Assembly (NCBI GenBank): GCA_003973385.1 | Contig: QNYK01000108.1 | Location: forward strand, 3,511 to 67,510 | Source of the DNA: Bacillota bacterium | Lineage (GTDB): Bacteria > Planctomycetota > UBA8108 > UBA1146 | Length of the DNA: 64,000 nt | Direction: 5' to 3' | In this document: piece by piece, positions 50,375 to 60,565 of the stretch | Numbering within the stretch: the stretch's first letter is position 1 | Layout: each line of letters starts with the position of its first letter | The notes under the pieces: generated by a model | What the model saw: the letters and a program-made list of their open reading frames with translations, nothing else | What the model was told of the DNA's origin: nothing | The model's database searches: none | Program-made: the position numbers and the translations under genes

Positions 50375-51352
50375 CTATCGACTCCTCACAAGAATTCCGG
50401 ATTCGATCCCGAGGGTCTTGCGGGCGCCGTCGACCTCTCCGATGAAACGGCCTGCATCCAGAGGATAGCCAGCCGTGGGCTTGAGATCGGGAACGTGGGT
50501 CGACCACCATCGGTTGAGGAGCACCATGTGAAGTTCTCTGAGGTATTTTGCTGTCATCGATGCGAGGGCGGTGCAGAAACAGTGCTGTTCGCAATCCTTG
50601 CGGAAATGGACCTCGATGACCCGCTTTCCATCATCTGAAACCGCTCGGTACGATTGCCGCTCCCGATCCTGTTCAAGGATCTTGAATCTTGACCCGGTGA
50701 AGAGGGGGATCAGCAGCGGGCTGTAGCGCTCCGTGCCTCCGAGCCGATCGGTCCACACCTCCATCTGAGCACGATCCTCCTGCTGCCACAGCCAGCGAAG
50801 AAATCGGCCCATCGCCCAGGCATCGACCTTGCCCTTGCTACCTCGTGCTCTGACCTCGGCATTGAATTCTCTGACCTCGAGAGGGATCGCTCGGACCTCG
50901 CCGACTTCGATGGATGTGCGAGCGAGGGTCCGGGTGAGGCGACGAATCTTGCCGGACAGATCGACCATGGAGGCTGAATACGGCAGTTCAAGGTCGATCC
51001 CTCGATACCAGGGGTATTGATCCAGATATCCAGATCTCCCCGCTGTGCAGTGATCGATCAGTTCGCGAAAGGTGCGAGGTAAATCTCCTCGCTCCGCAGC
51101 GATGAAGGCGAGAACTCCCTCCTCAAGACGCGTGAGGTCGCCGGTGCCCGGGCGATGGAGTTTCTTGGAATCGGCGACTGAAACGATGCCCTTTTCCCTG
51201 CGTCCAGCTGCCCCGATGACGGATCCGAGCATCTTCCAGGGTGCTTGTGCTGCTGTCTTTTCGCGGCAGCGAAGCGATGTCATTCCGATCACCATCGGTC
51301 CCAACCTGGGCCCGTATCCCGCCTCGTCGATGCCCGCCAACCAGTACGTCAT
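50375..51352 (-). CDS. Ribonuclease HII-like protein
   Basis: 'GIDEAGYGP.LGPMV', 'DSKKL', 'TDRLGG', 'ALASMTAKYLRE', 'GYP.D'. Confidence 0.8.
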   Translation of the reverse strand: MTYWLAGIDEAGYGPRLGPMVIGMTSLRCREKTAAQAPWKMLGSVIGAAGRREKGIVSVADSKKLHRPGTGDLTRLEEGVLAFIAAERGDLPRTFRELIDHCTAGRSGYLDQYPWYRGIDLELPYSASMVDLSGKIRRLTRTLARTSIEVGEVRAIPLEVREFNAEVRARGSKGKVDAWAMGRFLRWLWQQEDRAQMEVWTDRLGGTERYSPLLIPLFTGSRFKILEQDRERQSYRAVSDDGKRVIEVHFRKDCEQHCFCTALASMTAKYLRELHMVLLNRWWSTHVPDLKPTAGYPLDAGRFIGEVDGARKTLGIESGILVRSR

Positions 51353-51948
51353 CGAGCATCCCCTTCAGTTCTGGAAGGGCGATGAGTTGTTGCTCTGGAA
51401 CCCTCCCAGGGAGTTGGATCAGCAAGCGAAAGCCATTGCCGTCTGATTTCTGACAGCACGATGCCCGCGGATGTCGCAACGTTGTGGGAGTGTTTCGAGC
51501 CGAACATTGGAATCTCGATGGTGCCGTCGCACAGGTGGATCACCTGCTCGTCCACTCCGACCACCTCGTGTCCCACCACGATGGCCAGCGGATGCGGGAA
51601 CTCCTTGTCATAGATCGGCAGGGAGTCCTTGGTTTGTTCCAGGGCCAGCACAGTGACGGAGTCATTCTGGAGAATCCTCACAGCCATCGCAGGATCCTCG
51701 AGTTGCTCCCACTCGGTCGTCTCTTCGGCGCCCAGCGAGATCTTTGTGATTTCTGGTCTCGGCGGTGCGGGAGTGATGCCGCAGAGATAGATCTTCTTGA
51801 CGCCGAAACCATCTGCGGCTCGAAAGATGGAGCCGACATTGGTGAGGCTCCGAATGTTGTCCAGTATCAGAAACAGATCGGGCCGCCTTCGATGCTGGCG
51901 ACCATCGGCATCCGCTCGGTGTTGATCGATCCGTCTTTTTCGAGGCAT
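51349..51948 (-). CDS. TrmH/SpoU family RNA 2'-O-methyltransferase
   Basis: 'LDNIRS..NVGSIFRAAD', 'GHEVVGV', 'IEIPMFG.KHS.NVA'. Confidence 0.9.
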   Translation of the reverse strand: MPRKRRIDQHRADADGRQHRRRPDLFLILDNIRSLTNVGSIFRAADGFGVKKIYLCGITPAPPRPEITKISLGAEETTEWEQLEDPAMAVRILQNDSVTVLALEQTKDSLPIYDKEFPHPLAIVVGHEVVGVDEQVIHLCDGTIEIPMFGSKHSHNVATSAGIVLSEIRRQWLSLADPTPWEGSRATTHRPSRTEGDAR

Positions 51949-52153
51949 CCGTCCCCCCCCGAGTGACCATGCAGATGAATCTTGAAGTGGAGAGACTAGC
52001 CCGAGCAGCAGTGAGAAGCGATGCAGATCCGATGCTGAGACTGCATCAATACTGTTGAGGCTCTCGCTCACCACGACATTCGGGCGTACCCTGTAAGGCC
52101 AATCCAGAAGGCAACTGGAGTCCATCTGGACCCTGCAGTGAAGGAGAGTAGCG

Positions 52154-52840
52154 GTGTCTGATCCGATCGTCCTCGATGAACGCCAGCAGCGGGTCATCGG
52201 AGTCCTCATCGAAAAATCGCTCGCCACTCCTCAGTACTACCCATTGACGCTCAATCAGGTGGTTACCGGTTGCAACCAGAAGTCAAACCGGGAACCGATG
52301 GTCTCCTGGATGGAAGATGAGGTCGATGATGTGCTCACGAACCTCGCCCGGGCAGGGTTCACCAGCCAGGTGCATGCCGCCGGTTCCCGGGTCGGTAAGT
52401 GGCGCCAGGAGTTGACGGGGCAACTGGGTCTGAGCGGCCAGGCGATGGCCGTGGTTGCCGAACTCTTGCTTCGAGGCCCCCAGACACTTGGAGAACTGCG
52501 AACCAGAGCCTCGAGGATGAAAGACATCCCTGATCTGGCCATCCTCGAGCAGGTCCTGGCCGATCTCGCAGGTCGCCAGCCAGCCCTGGCTGCCCGGTTC
52601 AGTCCCGATGGTGTGCGCAGGGGGATTCGATGGGGGCACCTTCTTCAATCGCAGCAGGCCATCCAGAGTCAGAGGGTCGCCCAGGAGACAGGCGTCACCT
52701 TCACAGATACTCCTGCAAGCCCTGGAACTTCATCCATGCCGAATGAAAGCCTGGAGCGGGTGGATAGACTCGACCAGGTGGAAGAAATGGTCCGGAAATT
52801 GCTTGAGCGGATAGAGGCGCTGGAGCGCAATCAGACCTGA
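52154..52840 (+). CDS. YceH/DUF480 family protein
   Basis: 'RVIGVLIEK..ATP.YYPLTLN....GCNQKSNREP', 'ELLLRGPQT.GELRTR..RM'. Confidence 0.92.
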   Translation: MSDPIVLDERQQRVIGVLIEKSLATPQYYPLTLNQVVTGCNQKSNREPMVSWMEDEVDDVLTNLARAGFTSQVHAAGSRVGKWRQELTGQLGLSGQAMAVVAELLLRGPQTLGELRTRASRMKDIPDLAILEQVLADLAGRQPALAARFSPDGVRRGIRWGHLLQSQQAIQSQRVAQETGVTFTDTPASPGTSSMPNESLERVDRLDQVEEMVRKLLERIEALERNQT

Positions 52841-52928
52841 TCATTGCAATGATGAGGTCGGATCATGGACGCTGTCAGGCTCACTTGGTTGCGTACACCT
52901 CGACATATTGCCCCTGTAAGGAGGATCG

Positions 52929-54812
52929 ATGGATATGGGTCTCATGAAACGGTGGTTTCCCATCTGGATGCTGGCATCGGTACTCGGCTGCCTGGCAGCA
53001 GTGCCCGCTGACTTGCTGGCTTCGAATGGAGTATCGCTGGCCCCAGATGGGGTGATCGGTGAGGTGACCTCGGTCACGCTTTACTCGAGGCACGCCAGAG
53101 TCGAGCGAACCCTGGCCGTCGCCGCTGGCGAAGTGGGTCTGCGGTCGATGCAGATCGGGCCGCTTCCCTATTCGATCATCGATAGTTCCATCGAGATCGA
53201 GGGCACTGCCGGACTCTCTTCAGTATCGGTCCAGGTCAACCGAAGCAGCGGGGAGCCTGTCGAGTCGGAGGCGGTGCAGGCCAACAGGCGGTTGCTGAAG
53301 GAGCGCGAGCAGAAGCTGCTGGCTCTGCAACGGAAAGACCAATCTTTGCAGCAGATGCGCAGCAGATTCGCCAGGATCCTGCCTCAGTTAGACGACGAGG
53401 ATGAGACTTCTGACCTGATCAATCTGGTCAAATGGCAAGGGATGCTCGACCTGGTGCAACAGGGGATGCTCGGTGCCGCTCGATCCAGGGATGAACTGGC
53501 GCCACAACTTCGAGAATCTATGCAGCAGGTCGAGCAAACCCGAAGAGAACTCGATGAACTGATCGATGAAGGACTGCGTTCGAGGGCGGTCATCAATGCT
53601 GGAATCCAGGATCTGACTGGCGAAGGAGGAGTGATCCGGGTTCGATATCTGATTCCAAGGGCGTTCTGGTACCCGCATTACGAGGTCGATGTGGATGCAG
53701 AAAGCGGAACGATGCAACTGAGAGCGTTCGCCATCGTGAAACAGTCCACGGGCGAAGATTGGCCTGAAGTTCCTGTTCATTTCTCAACTTCGACACCGGA
53801 ACAGGGTTCGGATCTTCCTGAACTGGCATCTCTCATCTTGAAACGAGATCGCTACCTGGCTCCCGATGATTCGCGTGTTCTTGATCTTCGTATTCAAGCC
53901 AGGCCAAGGATGGAAGCTCGAAGGGCGCTGAAACCGGCTGCAGGATTTTATACGGTAGAAGATCTCGAACTTTCCTTCGCTGAGGTAGATAAGCTGGGGG
54001 ATATGGATCTCCCGCAACTCAGGGGGGGTAGAGGTCGTTTCGATGGTTTATTGGACGAGCAAATTATGCATGGCTTTGCTTTGCGAGGCATCGATGAGAA
54101 GCAGGTCATGCAAATTGCGGCGCCCACGCAGCTACTGCTGCCGATGATGTCAAACAGGGGTTTCTTGAGGGTGTTCCAGTCGGTGAAGCCGGAGGCGATT
54201 CCGTCCGATGGGCAATCTCATCGGCTGCTTTATTCGGTCAAGAACCTCAATTTTACCGAAGAACGGCTCTGTATCCCCGAGTTGAGTCTGGCAGTTTTTC
54301 GGAGAATCATCGCCTCCCTGTCTGGCACAGACCCGCTACTGAGGGGCACCGTTTCGGTGTTTCTTGGCGAGGATTACCTGGGGCAGGCAGTCATCGATAC
54401 CACTGCTCCTGGAGAGAATCTTGAACTCGACCTGGGAGTGGACGGACAACTGGTCGTCGAGAGGATTCAACGGGAATCAGAAGACGAGATCGGGCTATTT
54501 TCGAAGGCCGCTCTGTTTGATACAGACCTCGAACTGACGGTCAGCAACTACCACACCGAATCAGTGAAGTTGCTGTTACGCGAGCGGATCCCGTTCACCG
54601 AATCGGATTCACTGAAGATCCGGATTGATCGAACCAAGAGCGTCCCATTGCCAGAAGGATTGGATTCCGATGATGGTCTCCTTTCCTGGGAAATCGAATT
54701 GCAAGCCGGGGAGTCGGAACAAATCCGGTTGAAATGGTCGATAGAGGCTCCCGTCGATGTGGAGTTGCTGAGGCGAGAAGCTCCTGAGCGCAGCGGTCAG
54801 GAGGGAAGATGA
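52929..54812 (+). CDS. DUF4140/DUF4139 (MuiA-like) exported protein 1
   Basis: 'VTLYSRHARVER', coiled coil, 'AFWYPHY', 'QSTGEDW......ST', 'IPSDG', 'LDLGVD', 'DGLLSW'. Confidence 0.88.
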   Translation: MDMGLMKRWFPIWMLASVLGCLAAVPADLLASNGVSLAPDGVIGEVTSVTLYSRHARVERTLAVAAGEVGLRSMQIGPLPYSIIDSSIEIEGTAGLSSVSVQVNRSSGEPVESEAVQANRRLLKEREQKLLALQRKDQSLQQMRSRFARILPQLDDEDETSDLINLVKWQGMLDLVQQGMLGAARSRDELAPQLRESMQQVEQTRRELDELIDEGLRSRAVINAGIQDLTGEGGVIRVRYLIPRAFWYPHYEVDVDAESGTMQLRAFAIVKQSTGEDWPEVPVHFSTSTPEQGSDLPELASLILKRDRYLAPDDSRVLDLRIQARPRMEARRALKPAAGFYTVEDLELSFAEVDKLGDMDLPQLRGGRGRFDGLLDEQIMHGFALRGIDEKQVMQIAAPTQLLLPMMSNRGFLRVFQSVKPEAIPSDGQSHRLLYSVKNLNFTEERLCIPELSLAVFRRIIASLSGTDPLLRGTVSVFLGEDYLGQAVIDTTAPGENLELDLGVDGQLVVERIQRESEDEIGLFSKAALFDTDLELTVSNYHTESVKLLLRERIPFTESDSLKIRIDRTKSVPLPEGLDSDDGLLSWEIELQAGESEQIRLKWSIEAPVDVELLRREAPERSGQEGR

Positions 54813-56479
54813 AGATCTTGATCATCAACTCAGTGCTGATGCTATCGTTATTCATGGTGGTTCCAGAAACTTCCGCAGCCACCAATCAGGTGAAGGTAGT
54901 GGTGGCTCCGGATGCCGTGACCGTGTTCGAGAATCGTGCTCGCGTCCATCGTAGGCTCGAAGTCGAGATGCAGGTTGGTTCGATGGAAGTGGTTTTTGAT
55001 GGCTTGCCTTCGAGTCTTGATCCAGCCAGTGTTCGAGCCAAATTGCTGGGAGTTGAAGGACTTGTGCTCGGCGTCCGGATGAAGCAAGAAGTCCATGAGC
55101 AGGAGGTCCAGCAACAAGTTCGACAAATTTCCCGGGCGCTGGAAGAAATCGGTGACCAGCTCAGCGGCATCGATGCTCGACTGGAAGAACTGCATCGACT
55201 CGAGGTTCTGACCACGAGTCTTTCCGTGATTCTCGAGGAAACCGTCTCGGATGCCGGGCAAGGTGGAATCCTGGGGGCTGCCACAGTCGGCCAGATCATC
55301 GAGGCACAGCAATGGATTGCCGATCGCCAGCTGGAGCAATCGCTGACGAGAGATCGGCTGATATCAGAGAAAAAGACGATCCTGACCCGGCGCAGTGATT
55401 TGCGGGCAGACATGGCGCCGTTGAAACTACGAAGGGACCGTACAACCTGGTCGGCGATCGTCTTGATACAGGCACAGCAGCCGGGAAGTGCGACGGTTGA
55501 ACTGGCTCACGATGTCCCGGGAGCACGGTGGGTGCCTGTTCATGAGGCGAGGCTAGACGAATCGAAGGCGACGGTTGCCTGGACTGCGCGAGCTCAGGTA
55601 TTGCAGCAGAGCGGTGAGGCGTGGAGTGATGTGAAATTGACACTCTCGACGGCACGCTCTTCACTCGGCCTGACTCCACCTTCACTGGTGCCCGTCCGGT
55701 TGGAGGCGGTGGTTGTTGTGGCCAGAAAGAGCGCCGAGCTCACATCTGATATGAGGGCCCCTGTCGCGTCCGCTGGCATCGATAGGGGCGTAACCAGTGC
55801 CCCCTCTGAAGAGGCTTGGGGGACAAATCTTGAAGGCGCAGAGTTGGTCTCGGGTTCTGGACCGGTCCGGTTTGAAATCCGTGCACCTGCGACCATCCCC
55901 TCCGATGGGAGCGTCCATTCGGTCACCATCTCCCAGAAGTCTTTTGCTGCTGAGCTCGATTTCCAGAGCATTCCTCTGATGAGTCCACATGTGTTCCGTC
56001 GTGCGAAGTTGAGTAACCCCGCCGGGGCGCCGCTACTGGCTGGTCCTGTGAGTTGTTTTCGTGAGGGTGCCTATGTCGGAGATGGACGGGTGAATCGTAT
56101 TGCCGGGGGGCAGTCATTTTCTCAGCACTTTGGTTCAGAGGGGAGAATCAGGGTTCGCAAGGAAGAGATCGATGATCATTCCGGTTCTGCAGGTAGTTTC
56201 AGCAAGAATCTGAAACTGGAGAAAGCATTCCGTATCACCGTGGAATCAGTGCTTCCCGACTCCGTTCCCTTCGAACTGGTGGACCGGATTCCGGTCAGCG
56301 CTGTTCCAGGTATCGAGATCAATATGGGGGATGAGACCACCGCTGATCCAGCGGTGGATGAAGACGGTATAGTGCGGTGGGTCATGACCCTTGAAGCATC
56401 GGGAAAGAGCGAGTTCATCCTGCACTGGGAAGCCACTGCAGACCCGGAGCACGGTGCTCTACTGGAACAACTACGGTGA
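54809..56479 (+). CDS. DUF4140/DUF4139 (MuiA-like) exported protein 2
   Basis: 'VTVFENRARVHR', 'ARWVPVH', 'QQSGEAW..V.LTLST', 'IPSDG', 'PLLAGPV', 'DRIPVS', 'DGIVRW'. ATGA overlap with protein 1. Confidence 0.88.
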   Translation: MKILIINSVLMLSLFMVVPETSAATNQVKVVVAPDAVTVFENRARVHRRLEVEMQVGSMEVVFDGLPSSLDPASVRAKLLGVEGLVLGVRMKQEVHEQEVQQQVRQISRALEEIGDQLSGIDARLEELHRLEVLTTSLSVILEETVSDAGQGGILGAATVGQIIEAQQWIADRQLEQSLTRDRLISEKKTILTRRSDLRADMAPLKLRRDRTTWSAIVLIQAQQPGSATVELAHDVPGARWVPVHEARLDESKATVAWTARAQVLQQSGEAWSDVKLTLSTARSSLGLTPPSLVPVRLEAVVVVARKSAELTSDMRAPVASAGIDRGVTSAPSEEAWGTNLEGAELVSGSGPVRFEIRAPATIPSDGSVHSVTISQKSFAAELDFQSIPLMSPHVFRRAKLSNPAGAPLLAGPVSCFREGAYVGDGRVNRIAGGQSFSQHFGSEGRIRVRKEEIDDHSGSAGSFSKNLKLEKAFRITVESVLPDSVPFELVDRIPVSAVPGIEINMGDETTADPAVDEDGIVRWVMTLEASGKSEFILHWEATADPEHGALLEQLR

Positions 56480-56769
56480 CTCTGGATGATCTGATCGACG
56501 GAGTTCTCACTTCCAGGGGTCGGGAGCAGAAGAACCTGCTCAAGCAGGCCATCGCTCTCGATCCCGGCAAGGAAGCCGCGATACGTCTCGCTCCGGCTCT
56601 TCGCGACCCCAGCCCCAGAGTTTCGGCACGGATCACTGCTCTGCTGGCCAGGCATCAACTGCGAGAGTTGTTCGAGAAGCAGTTGGATGGTCTCAAGCGG
56701 GGAAAGATCAGTATTCTGCGGGCACACTTCGACAGGATCAGCGCAAGAGGAGAAGGTCAGAATAGATGA
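56476..56769 (+). CDS. Small helical (HEAT-like) hypothetical protein
   Basis: 'LAPALRDPSPRVSARITALL' resembles one HEAT/PBS repeat. GTGA overlap with the upstream gene. Confidence 0.55.
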   Translation: MTLDDLIDGVLTSRGREQKNLLKQAIALDPGKEAAIRLAPALRDPSPRVSARITALLARHQLRELFEKQLDGLKRGKISILRAHFDRISARGEGQNR

Positions 56770-56782
56770 AGCGCTGGGAGCA

Positions 56783-57295
56783 CTATCCCTGCTCTTCTTG
56801 AGGTCCTTCACTCAGTTCTTCGTAATCGTTGCTCGGTACCAGCATCACTGCTTCCACATCTGCGGTACCGATCACCTCGGTCCTGTCGAAGACAACCTCC
56901 CAGGTATAGCGGCCTGGTTCGGAAAATACCATCGGTGGTAACTCGAAGATGCACTCGTGATGCTCTCTGCGATCTCCATGTTCGAGAGGGAATTCCGGGC
57001 TCTCCTCGATGACGGAATCGTCATTGAGTCGCTTGAAGCGGAAGGAAACGGTGTGCTGCCCCGAGAAGTCGCTCAAATTCAGGTATAGCGACGCTGGTTG
57101 GTATTCGCAGGGGAAATCCACAAGCGGGATCTGATTGAATGTTCCGGCGAGAACACACTTACGAGTCTCGTCATCCTTGTATACGCGGTCGCATAGGATG
57201 ATCGCCTGGACGAGAGGAAGCAGGGGACGATTCACGGGAGAGGCCTGCCCTTCATTGAGGTTGTGCAAATCAAACCTTCGGTTGAACCAGTGCAT
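56783..57295 (-). CDS. Hypothetical Ig-like protein (DUF6941-like)
   Basis: 'AIILCDRV..D..T.K..L.GTFN.I', 'F.EPGRY.WEV'. Start may be GTG 57235. Confidence 0.65.
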   Translation of the reverse strand: MHWFNRRFDLHNLNEGQASPVNRPLLPLVQAIILCDRVYKDDETRKCVLAGTFNQIPLVDFPCEYQPASLYLNLSDFSGQHTVSFRFKRLNDDSVIEESPEFPLEHGDRREHHECIFELPPMVFSEPGRYTWEVVFDRTEVIGTADVEAVMLVPSNDYEELSEGPQEEQG

Positions 57296-57508
57296 GAGAG
57301 TTTCGACTCAACACGCGAGATGGACCCGCGGGTAATACCGAGCCAACTGGATTGTCGCAGAGAGATTCCTCCATGTCATCCGATCTGAGAGCGTCAGTCT
57401 TGACCGTCCCGGGCGTGAGACACAGAATGCTCGACGCTGGGGTCGGGCCAGGGGATCTCCTGTCAGGAGAGGACTCGCCGATGATTCCGAAGAAGGGCTC
57501 TGGATAGC

Positions 57509-57979
57509 TTGCGAATACTCTCTGCACGGGAAACTGCCTGGTTCAACATCGGCCCCGACACCACCTGGGATTCGATCCAGCGCCTTGAGGACTGGCCGAG
57601 GTGGTGTGACGGCCTGATCGAAGCGAGCTGGAGACTGGGTGAGCCGTGGACAGTGGGTTCCAGGTTTTCTCTCGACTGGGGCGTAGCAGCGGATTCTCCT
57701 CTGGCAGGGGGAGTGATTCTGGAGGTCGATGCGGCCCCCGAGGAGGAAGAAGGCTCATTGCGAAGCATTTCCTGGGTTGCTGGCATCGGGCCGGCCCGCA
57801 GTGAGGCGCAACTGATGATCTTGCAGGACGGATCAGGCTCGTTGGTCGAGTTCGTGACATCCTGGAAGGGCTGGGCATCGCCACTGTTTCGAAATCGTGC
57901 AACCCGGTGTGCAAATCGACAGAGAGATTGGCTCGCCAGTCTCAGGGAAATTCTTGAACGGGTGGGTAGCAGCGGATGA
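57509..57979 (+). CDS. SRPBCC/polyketide cyclase-like protein
   Basis: 'PDTTWDSIQRLEDWPRW', 'W.VGSRF', C-terminal helix 'WLASLREILE'. Confidence 0.7.
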   Translation: MRILSARETAWFNIGPDTTWDSIQRLEDWPRWCDGLIEASWRLGEPWTVGSRFSLDWGVAADSPLAGGVILEVDAAPEEEEGSLRSISWVAGIGPARSEAQLMILQDGSGSLVEFVTSWKGWASPLFRNRATRCANRQRDWLASLREILERVGSSG

Positions 57980-59367
57980 CCAGAGAAACAACCCGGATGA
58001 AAACGCTCTGGTACATGGGTGCCAAGACCAGACTGTGCGAGGAATTTCTCGACGGTGCAGTCAGGGACCTGCTTTCACCAGGGGGCACACTTCTTGACGC
58101 GTGTTGTGGAACAGCTGCAGTGGCGCGCTGGTTTGCCCCGGGCTACAGGATTCTCGCCAATGATTCGCAGCAGTTCTCCTCTGTCATTGCCAGAGCTCAT
58201 CTCGAAGGAGATGGAGAGTGGACTCAAGAACTGGATCGTCTGGAGCCGCAACAGGATCTCGGACTCGCCATCCGCGAGAATCAGCGACTTCTCGACGGGC
58301 TGGTTCCGAAGGCATTGGAACTGGAAGATTCAATTCTCTCCCAGGTAATAGATGCGGTGACCGGGCCTGATGAGTCACCCGAATTGCTGGATCGATACAG
58401 AGCATTCGTCTCGGAAGCACCCCTCCCTGACGGATCAGCTGCTGATATGCACATCTCATCGCTTCACCAACCGCTCGCGATGCGAATGCCGGAATTGCTG
58501 GAGCAGCGGATGCAGGATCCGAGTAAGGCTCCAGCACTGATGTGTACGGCGTACTGGGCTCATGTTTACTTCGGGATCCGGCAGGCTACCCGGATCGATT
58601 CGATCCGTCATGCGATAGATCAGATTCCCATGGATGACCCGCATCGCTGCCGTAAGCAGACACTCTATCTGGCGGCACTCCTGCATGCAGTTTCGGTCAG
58701 CACATCCGGAACCAGCCACTTCGCTCAACCTCGATCCATCGCAAGGGATTCGGAACTGGTTGCGGTAGCAAGGCGCCGCATGATCGACATCGATGTTCAA
58801 TTTGAACTCGCCCTCGATGCGATCCGGACAGAATGGTTAGAGTCGCCGAGACTCGATGGGAACAAGGTGTACTGTTCTGACATCCACAGGTTACTAGAGG
58901 CTGGTAGTCCACTTGACGAGGAAGATGTGGACCTTGTCTACCTCGATCCTCCTTACACCGCCGATAACTATTCTCGCTTTTATCATGTGCTGGAAACTCT
59001 CGTGGAGTACGACTATCCGCAGTTGCAGACCAGGGGAGGCGAGTTGACGCGCGGGCGGTATCCAGGCCAGGAGAAGAGATTTACTTCCGACTTTTGCAGC
59101 AGCATCAAGGCAGAGGATGCTTTTCGCAGTGTCGCCAGGTCCTGCAAGGAGCGTGGTGCCAGTCTGCTCATCTCGTACTCGACAGATACAGGATTGCTGA
59201 CACGAAAGTGGAGAAACCTGGGCGATGAGAATCCCGCCAGTAGATTTCGAAATATGCTTCTTGAATATTATGGCAGAGTCGAGATCCGAGAGAAGACCCT
59301 GATGCATTCTGGCCAGGGGGATTCGAACCGCTCGGTTCGAGAACTCCTATTGCTCTGCGAGGGTTGA
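57976..59367 (+). CDS. D12-class N6-adenine DNA methyltransferase 1
   Basis: 'YMGAKTRL', motif I 'DACCGTAAV', 'ANDSQ.FS', 'YFG..QA..IDSIR', motif IV 'YLDPPY', 'YSRFYHVLETL', 'LISYS'. Confidence 0.88.
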   Translation: MTRETTRMKTLWYMGAKTRLCEEFLDGAVRDLLSPGGTLLDACCGTAAVARWFAPGYRILANDSQQFSSVIARAHLEGDGEWTQELDRLEPQQDLGLAIRENQRLLDGLVPKALELEDSILSQVIDAVTGPDESPELLDRYRAFVSEAPLPDGSAADMHISSLHQPLAMRMPELLEQRMQDPSKAPALMCTAYWAHVYFGIRQATRIDSIRHAIDQIPMDDPHRCRKQTLYLAALLHAVSVSTSGTSHFAQPRSIARDSELVAVARRRMIDIDVQFELALDAIRTEWLESPRLDGNKVYCSDIHRLLEAGSPLDEEDVDLVYLDPPYTADNYSRFYHVLETLVEYDYPQLQTRGGELTRGRYPGQEKRFTSDFCSSIKAEDAFRSVARSCKERGASLLISYSTDTGLLTRKWRNLGDENPASRFRNMLLEYYGRVEIREKTLMHSGQGDSNRSVRELLLLCEG

Positions 59368-59368
59368 A

Positions 59369-60565
59369 TTGCGCTGGCTTGGTAACAAGACTCCGCTGCT
59401 GGAAGAGATATTGCTCGCTGCAGAGCGCGCTGGATTTCAGGGCGGGACCGTATGTGACCTGTTTGCAGGAAGTGGTGCGGTGGGACGTTTCTTCCGGTCG
59501 AGGGGGTTTCATGTCGTTTCCACTGACCTGATGCACTGCTCTCTGGCCTTTCAGAAGGTGTATCTGGAGTGCCCGGGACCCCCCTCGTTTCTGGGTGTTC
59601 AGCAATTCTGGGACCAGCTGGAGCCGATCGATGCCAGCAGGCTCCACGATGCAGAGCCGCAGGACATTTCGTCGTGGACTCCGTTTCTGAAGCTCATCCG
59701 ATACCTCGAGGAGGAACTTCCAGCAATGGAGGGAATCCTGGTCAGGCAATTCTCCCCCGCTGGTGCGGCAGGAAGAGGCTACCTGACCCCCGAAAACGCA
59801 GCGCGTATCGATGCGATCATCCATCAGATTCGCTCATGGCGTATCTCAGGTCTTCTCGATGAGTCAGAGATCTGGTTACTGATCGTCAGCGTCATCGATG
59901 CGGCGGATCGGGTAGCCAACATCTCAGGAACCTATGGGGCGTATCTCAAGAGTTGGCAGCAGAACTCACTCCATGACCTGAAACTGCGCATTCCGTCAAC
60001 CGTCGAGGGCCCGGTTGGAGAGGCCCATCGATGTGATGCCAGCGATTGGATCGAGCAGGTGGATTGTGATCTTCTCTATCTTGATCCGCCTTATAATCAA
60101 CGACAATACGGTGCCAACTATCACCTCCCAGAAGTCCTGTCCTTGTTGCCGATGGAAGAATCAGATGATTCCATCGAAGCGCAACTGTACGGAAAGACGG
60201 GTCTGTTGCCCTGGAAGGATGTGGCATCGCCACTGTGTAGCCGGCGCGGTACCGAGTGCAGAGATTCGATGGAGACCGTCATCCAGAGAGCACGAGCCAG
60301 AGGAATAGTGTTCTCATACAGTGAGGAAGGCATCCTCTCCAGAGACCAGATCGAGCAGATGCTGTACAGGTGGGCCGTGCAAGAGCACCCGAGCGACGCT
60401 TCTGTTGCATCCAGAGCAAATATTCTGCACGAGATCCCCTATCGAAGATTCAAGAGCGACCGGAGTGGCTCAGCGCGTAACTTTCGTCCAGCGGAGGGCC
60501 GTACTGAAGACGAGGTTCACGAGTGGCTCTTCGCCATCCGCAGGGTTCAGGAGGAGCGATGCTGA
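59369..60565 (+). CDS. D12-class N6-adenine DNA methyltransferase 2 (M.FokI N-domain/M.NlaIII-like)
   Basis: 'RWLGNK..LL', 'DLFAGSGAVG', 'ENAARIDAI', 'ANISGTYGAYLK', 'YLDPPYNQRQYGANYHL', 'YGKTGL', 'SYSEEG'. Confidence 0.9.
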   Translation: MRWLGNKTPLLEEILLAAERAGFQGGTVCDLFAGSGAVGRFFRSRGFHVVSTDLMHCSLAFQKVYLECPGPPSFLGVQQFWDQLEPIDASRLHDAEPQDISSWTPFLKLIRYLEEELPAMEGILVRQFSPAGAAGRGYLTPENAARIDAIIHQIRSWRISGLLDESEIWLLIVSVIDAADRVANISGTYGAYLKSWQQNSLHDLKLRIPSTVEGPVGEAHRCDASDWIEQVDCDLLYLDPPYNQRQYGANYHLPEVLSLLPMEESDDSIEAQLYGKTGLLPWKDVASPLCSRRGTECRDSMETVIQRARARGIVFSYSEEGILSRDQIEQMLYRWAVQEHPSDASVASRANILHEIPYRRFKSDRSGSARNFRPAEGRTEDEVHEWLFAIRRVQEERC

